Assembly (NCBI GenBank): GCA_902609885.1
Contig: CACLTT010000004.1
Coordinates: 75,556 to 139,555, forward strand
Reading direction: 5' to 3'
Source of the DNA: an uncultured Candidatus Hydrogenedens sp.
Lineage (GTDB): Bacteria; Desulfobacterota_D; UBA1144
Length of the DNA: 64,000 bases
Positions 61,829 through 64,000 of this stretch are shown here, piece by piece; position 1 is the stretch's first letter, and each line of letters opens with the position of its first letter. The position numbers were made by a program, and so were the translations under genes. The notes under the pieces were generated by a model, which was not told the origin of the DNA, made no database searches, and saw only the letters and a program-made list of their open reading frames with translations.

Positions 61829-63472
61829 GTGGATATAAAGAAGCTAAGAATTGATTCCTTACCAAATGAGCCTGGTGTTTATATATTTAAAGGTAAAAAT
61901 GGTGAGAATTTATATGTAGGTAAAGCTAAAAATCTTAGAAATAGGGTCAAAAGCTACTTTTCTAAAAATAAAGATAAAAGAATGAATATAAATTTTCTAA
62001 TGCTTGAAGCTTTAACTATAGATTACATTACAACTCAAACAGAAGATGAAGCTTTAATGTTAGAAAATAAGACAATAAAACTCAGACAACCTAAATATAA
62101 TATTTTATTGAAAGATGACAAAACATATTCCTCCCTGAGACTAGAAATAAATGAAAAATATCCTAGAATTTCAATAGTTAGAAAATGTTCAGATAAAAAT
62201 TCATTATATTTAGGACCATTTAAATCATCAGAGAATCTCAAGAAAACAAAAAGATTTTTTCAAAAAATATTTGGTGTTCGTGACTGTACAAATAATAAAT
62301 TTATAAAACATCAAAAAAGAGCTTGTCTTTATAAAGATATTGGAATGTGTTTGGGACCATGTGACGATAAACAATTAGAAGCAATATATATTAAAAACTT
62401 TAGTTTATTAAAAGATATATTTACTGGTAGGGTTGGGTACTTTAAAAAAATTGTTGAAGAAAAAATGATAGAATTTGCAAAAAAAGAAATGTTTGAACAG
62501 GCATCCTTTTTACGCGATGAACTAGAGAGGCTTTCTACAAACAACTACTATGAATATAGAAATTCTGAATCGTTAAAGAATACTGATGTAATAGGCATAA
62601 TAACTAAAAACAACCAAATACAAATATCTATATTGTTTTTTAGAGGTGGATACATTATCGACAAAGCTGATCTATTTGCATTATCAAAGATGCAGAATAT
62701 CCAATATGAACAATATCAAATGCTAAAGCAATTTTACTCTTTAAAGTCCTCAGTACCGAAGAAAATTATTATTGATAATCAGTTTAAGTATTTTGATGAT
62801 TTAAAAATTGATCTGAAAAATTTAGAACTGTCTGATACTAAATTTGAAAAAATATCTAAAGGCAGAAAATTTAATCTAATAAAGCTTGCTAAAAAAAATG
62901 CAGAAGTTAGTCTTGAAAATAATATTCAAAACGAGAAGAGAATAGCTTATATTTTACAAAACCTAAAAGAGAATCTCAGTTTATCTTCACTCCCAAAGAG
63001 AATAGAATGTTTTGATATATCGAATACACAAGGTACCAATCCTGTCGCATCAATGGTTGTTTTTTCAAACTGCGAAGCCGATAAAAGTAAATATAGAAAA
63101 TTTAAAATTAATTGTAAGGGACCCAATGATTATGAGATGATGAAAGAAGCAATTCAAAGAAGGTTAAAAAGAATTGATCAAGAAGGTTGGGAAAAACCTG
63201 ATCTAATTCTGATAGACGGTGGAAAAGGTCATCTAAATAAAATCTCACCATTAGTTCCAAAAAATATAAATATTGCATCAATTGCAAAACCCTTAAAAAA
63301 AGAGAGTATTGATAAAATTTATATACCAAATAAGAAGGATTCAATCAAATTTGATAAGGATATTGAATCATTAAACATATTAATAAATCTTAGGAATGAA
63401 GCTCACAGGTTTGCTATAACTTTCCACAAATCTAGGAGATCAAAGGAAATGCTAAGTCAGCTTAAAACATAA
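61829..63472 (+). CDS. uvrC: Excinuclease ABC subunit C (no C-terminal HhH domain)
   Basis: GIY-YIG (PGVY..LYVGKAKNLR.RV.SYF), UVR domain, RNase H-like ECFDIS/PDLILIDGG/RNEAHRFA, then stop. Confidence 0.92.
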   Translation: MDIKKLRIDSLPNEPGVYIFKGKNGENLYVGKAKNLRNRVKSYFSKNKDKRMNINFLMLEALTIDYITTQTEDEALMLENKTIKLRQPKYNILLKDDKTYSSLRLEINEKYPRISIVRKCSDKNSLYLGPFKSSENLKKTKRFFQKIFGVRDCTNNKFIKHQKRACLYKDIGMCLGPCDDKQLEAIYIKNFSLLKDIFTGRVGYFKKIVEEKMIEFAKKEMFEQASFLRDELERLSTNNYYEYRNSESLKNTDVIGIITKNNQIQISILFFRGGYIIDKADLFALSKMQNIQYEQYQMLKQFYSLKSSVPKKIIIDNQFKYFDDLKIDLKNLELSDTKFEKISKGRKFNLIKLAKKNAEVSLENNIQNEKRIAYILQNLKENLSLSSLPKRIECFDISNTQGTNPVASMVVFSNCEADKSKYRKFKINCKGPNDYEMMKEAIQRRLKRIDQEGWEKPDLILIDGGKGHLNKISPLVPKNINIASIAKPLKKESIDKIYIPNKKDSIKFDKDIESLNILINLRNEAHRFAITFHKSRRSKEMLSQLKT

Positions 63473-64000
63473 TCTATAACAGCCATTGCAGCAAACAATT
63501 TATTTTCTGCTTGTTTGTATATAATAGATTTTTTGGAGTTAATAACTTCTTCTGTAACTTCTTCGTTAATGTGTGCAGGAAGGCAATGCATAAAAACTGA
63601 TTTTTTATTAGTATTACTCATTATCTTTGCATTAATTTGAAAATTTTTAAAATCTTTTAATCTTACTTTGTTTTCTTTTTCCATCCCCATGCTAGTCCAG
63701 ACATCAGTATAGATTACATCAGCTTTTGAAGATGCATGGATTAAATCATCGGTAATATCAATATTTGAATTATTTTTTAAAATTTTTTTTATACTTTTAT
63801 TATATTTATTAGGGCAGCAAAAGGTCATATTTAATTTTAAGCTCATTGCTGCATAAGCAAATGAGTTTGCAATATTATTTGAATCACCTACATAAACTAT
63901 TTTAATTTTATTTAATGGCTTTTTATTAAAATATTCCTTTATGGTGAATATGTCTGAGATAATTTGTGTAGGATGCTCAAAATCTGATAAAGCATTAACA
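63457..64000 (-). CDS. argF: Ornithine carbamoyltransferase, C-terminal part (runs off window)
   Basis: NALSDFEHPTQ, YVGD.NN, YTDVWTSMG, HCLPAH, QAEN. Confidence 0.92.
   Translation of the reverse strand, partial: VNALSDFEHPTQIISDIFTIKEYFNKKPLNKIKIVYVGDSNNIANSFAYAAMSLKLNMTFCCPNKYNKSIKKILKNNSNIDITDDLIHASSKADVIYTDVWTSMGMEKENKVRLKDFKNFQINAKIMSNTNKKSVFMHCLPAHINEEVTEEVINSKKSIIYKQAENKLFAAMAVIDYVLS

Overview
A 64-kb, very AT-rich, gene-dense stretch of bacterial core chromosome. It carries about 62 CDS, three tRNAs without encoded CCA (Ala-GGC, Gly-GCC, Phe-GAA), and no rRNA, CRISPR array, integrase or transposase. The gene mix is NtrBC/sigma54, glnB-glnA, futalosine mqn genes, glyQS-ppdK, zapBA-5FCL-rny, split methylmalonyl-CoA mutase parts, a Cdc48-like ATPase and an LLM oxidoreductase. 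It suggests a streamlined, Gram-negative, deltaproteobacteria-like organism, possibly marine Ca. Dadabacteria (inference only). The best candidate for an undescribed system is a RavA/MoxR-type AAA+ gene and a VWA gene that read as one gene joined by a -1 shift at an A10G / A_AAA_AAG site (16354-16364). This would give both a 314-aa ATPase and a ~700-aa AAA-acidic linker-VWA fusion, although a homopolymer assembly error is not excluded. Other highlights are AUU start codons (mqnD clear, gyrA probable), many apparently leaderless genes, matching sigma54 promoters on glnB-glnA and a very acidic porin, an NtrC with a degenerate HTH, UvrC lacking its HhH domain, a 16-bp direct repeat before the LLM gene, and tandem divergent CaiC-like CoA ligases. 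All product calls come from motif recognition, not database searches.
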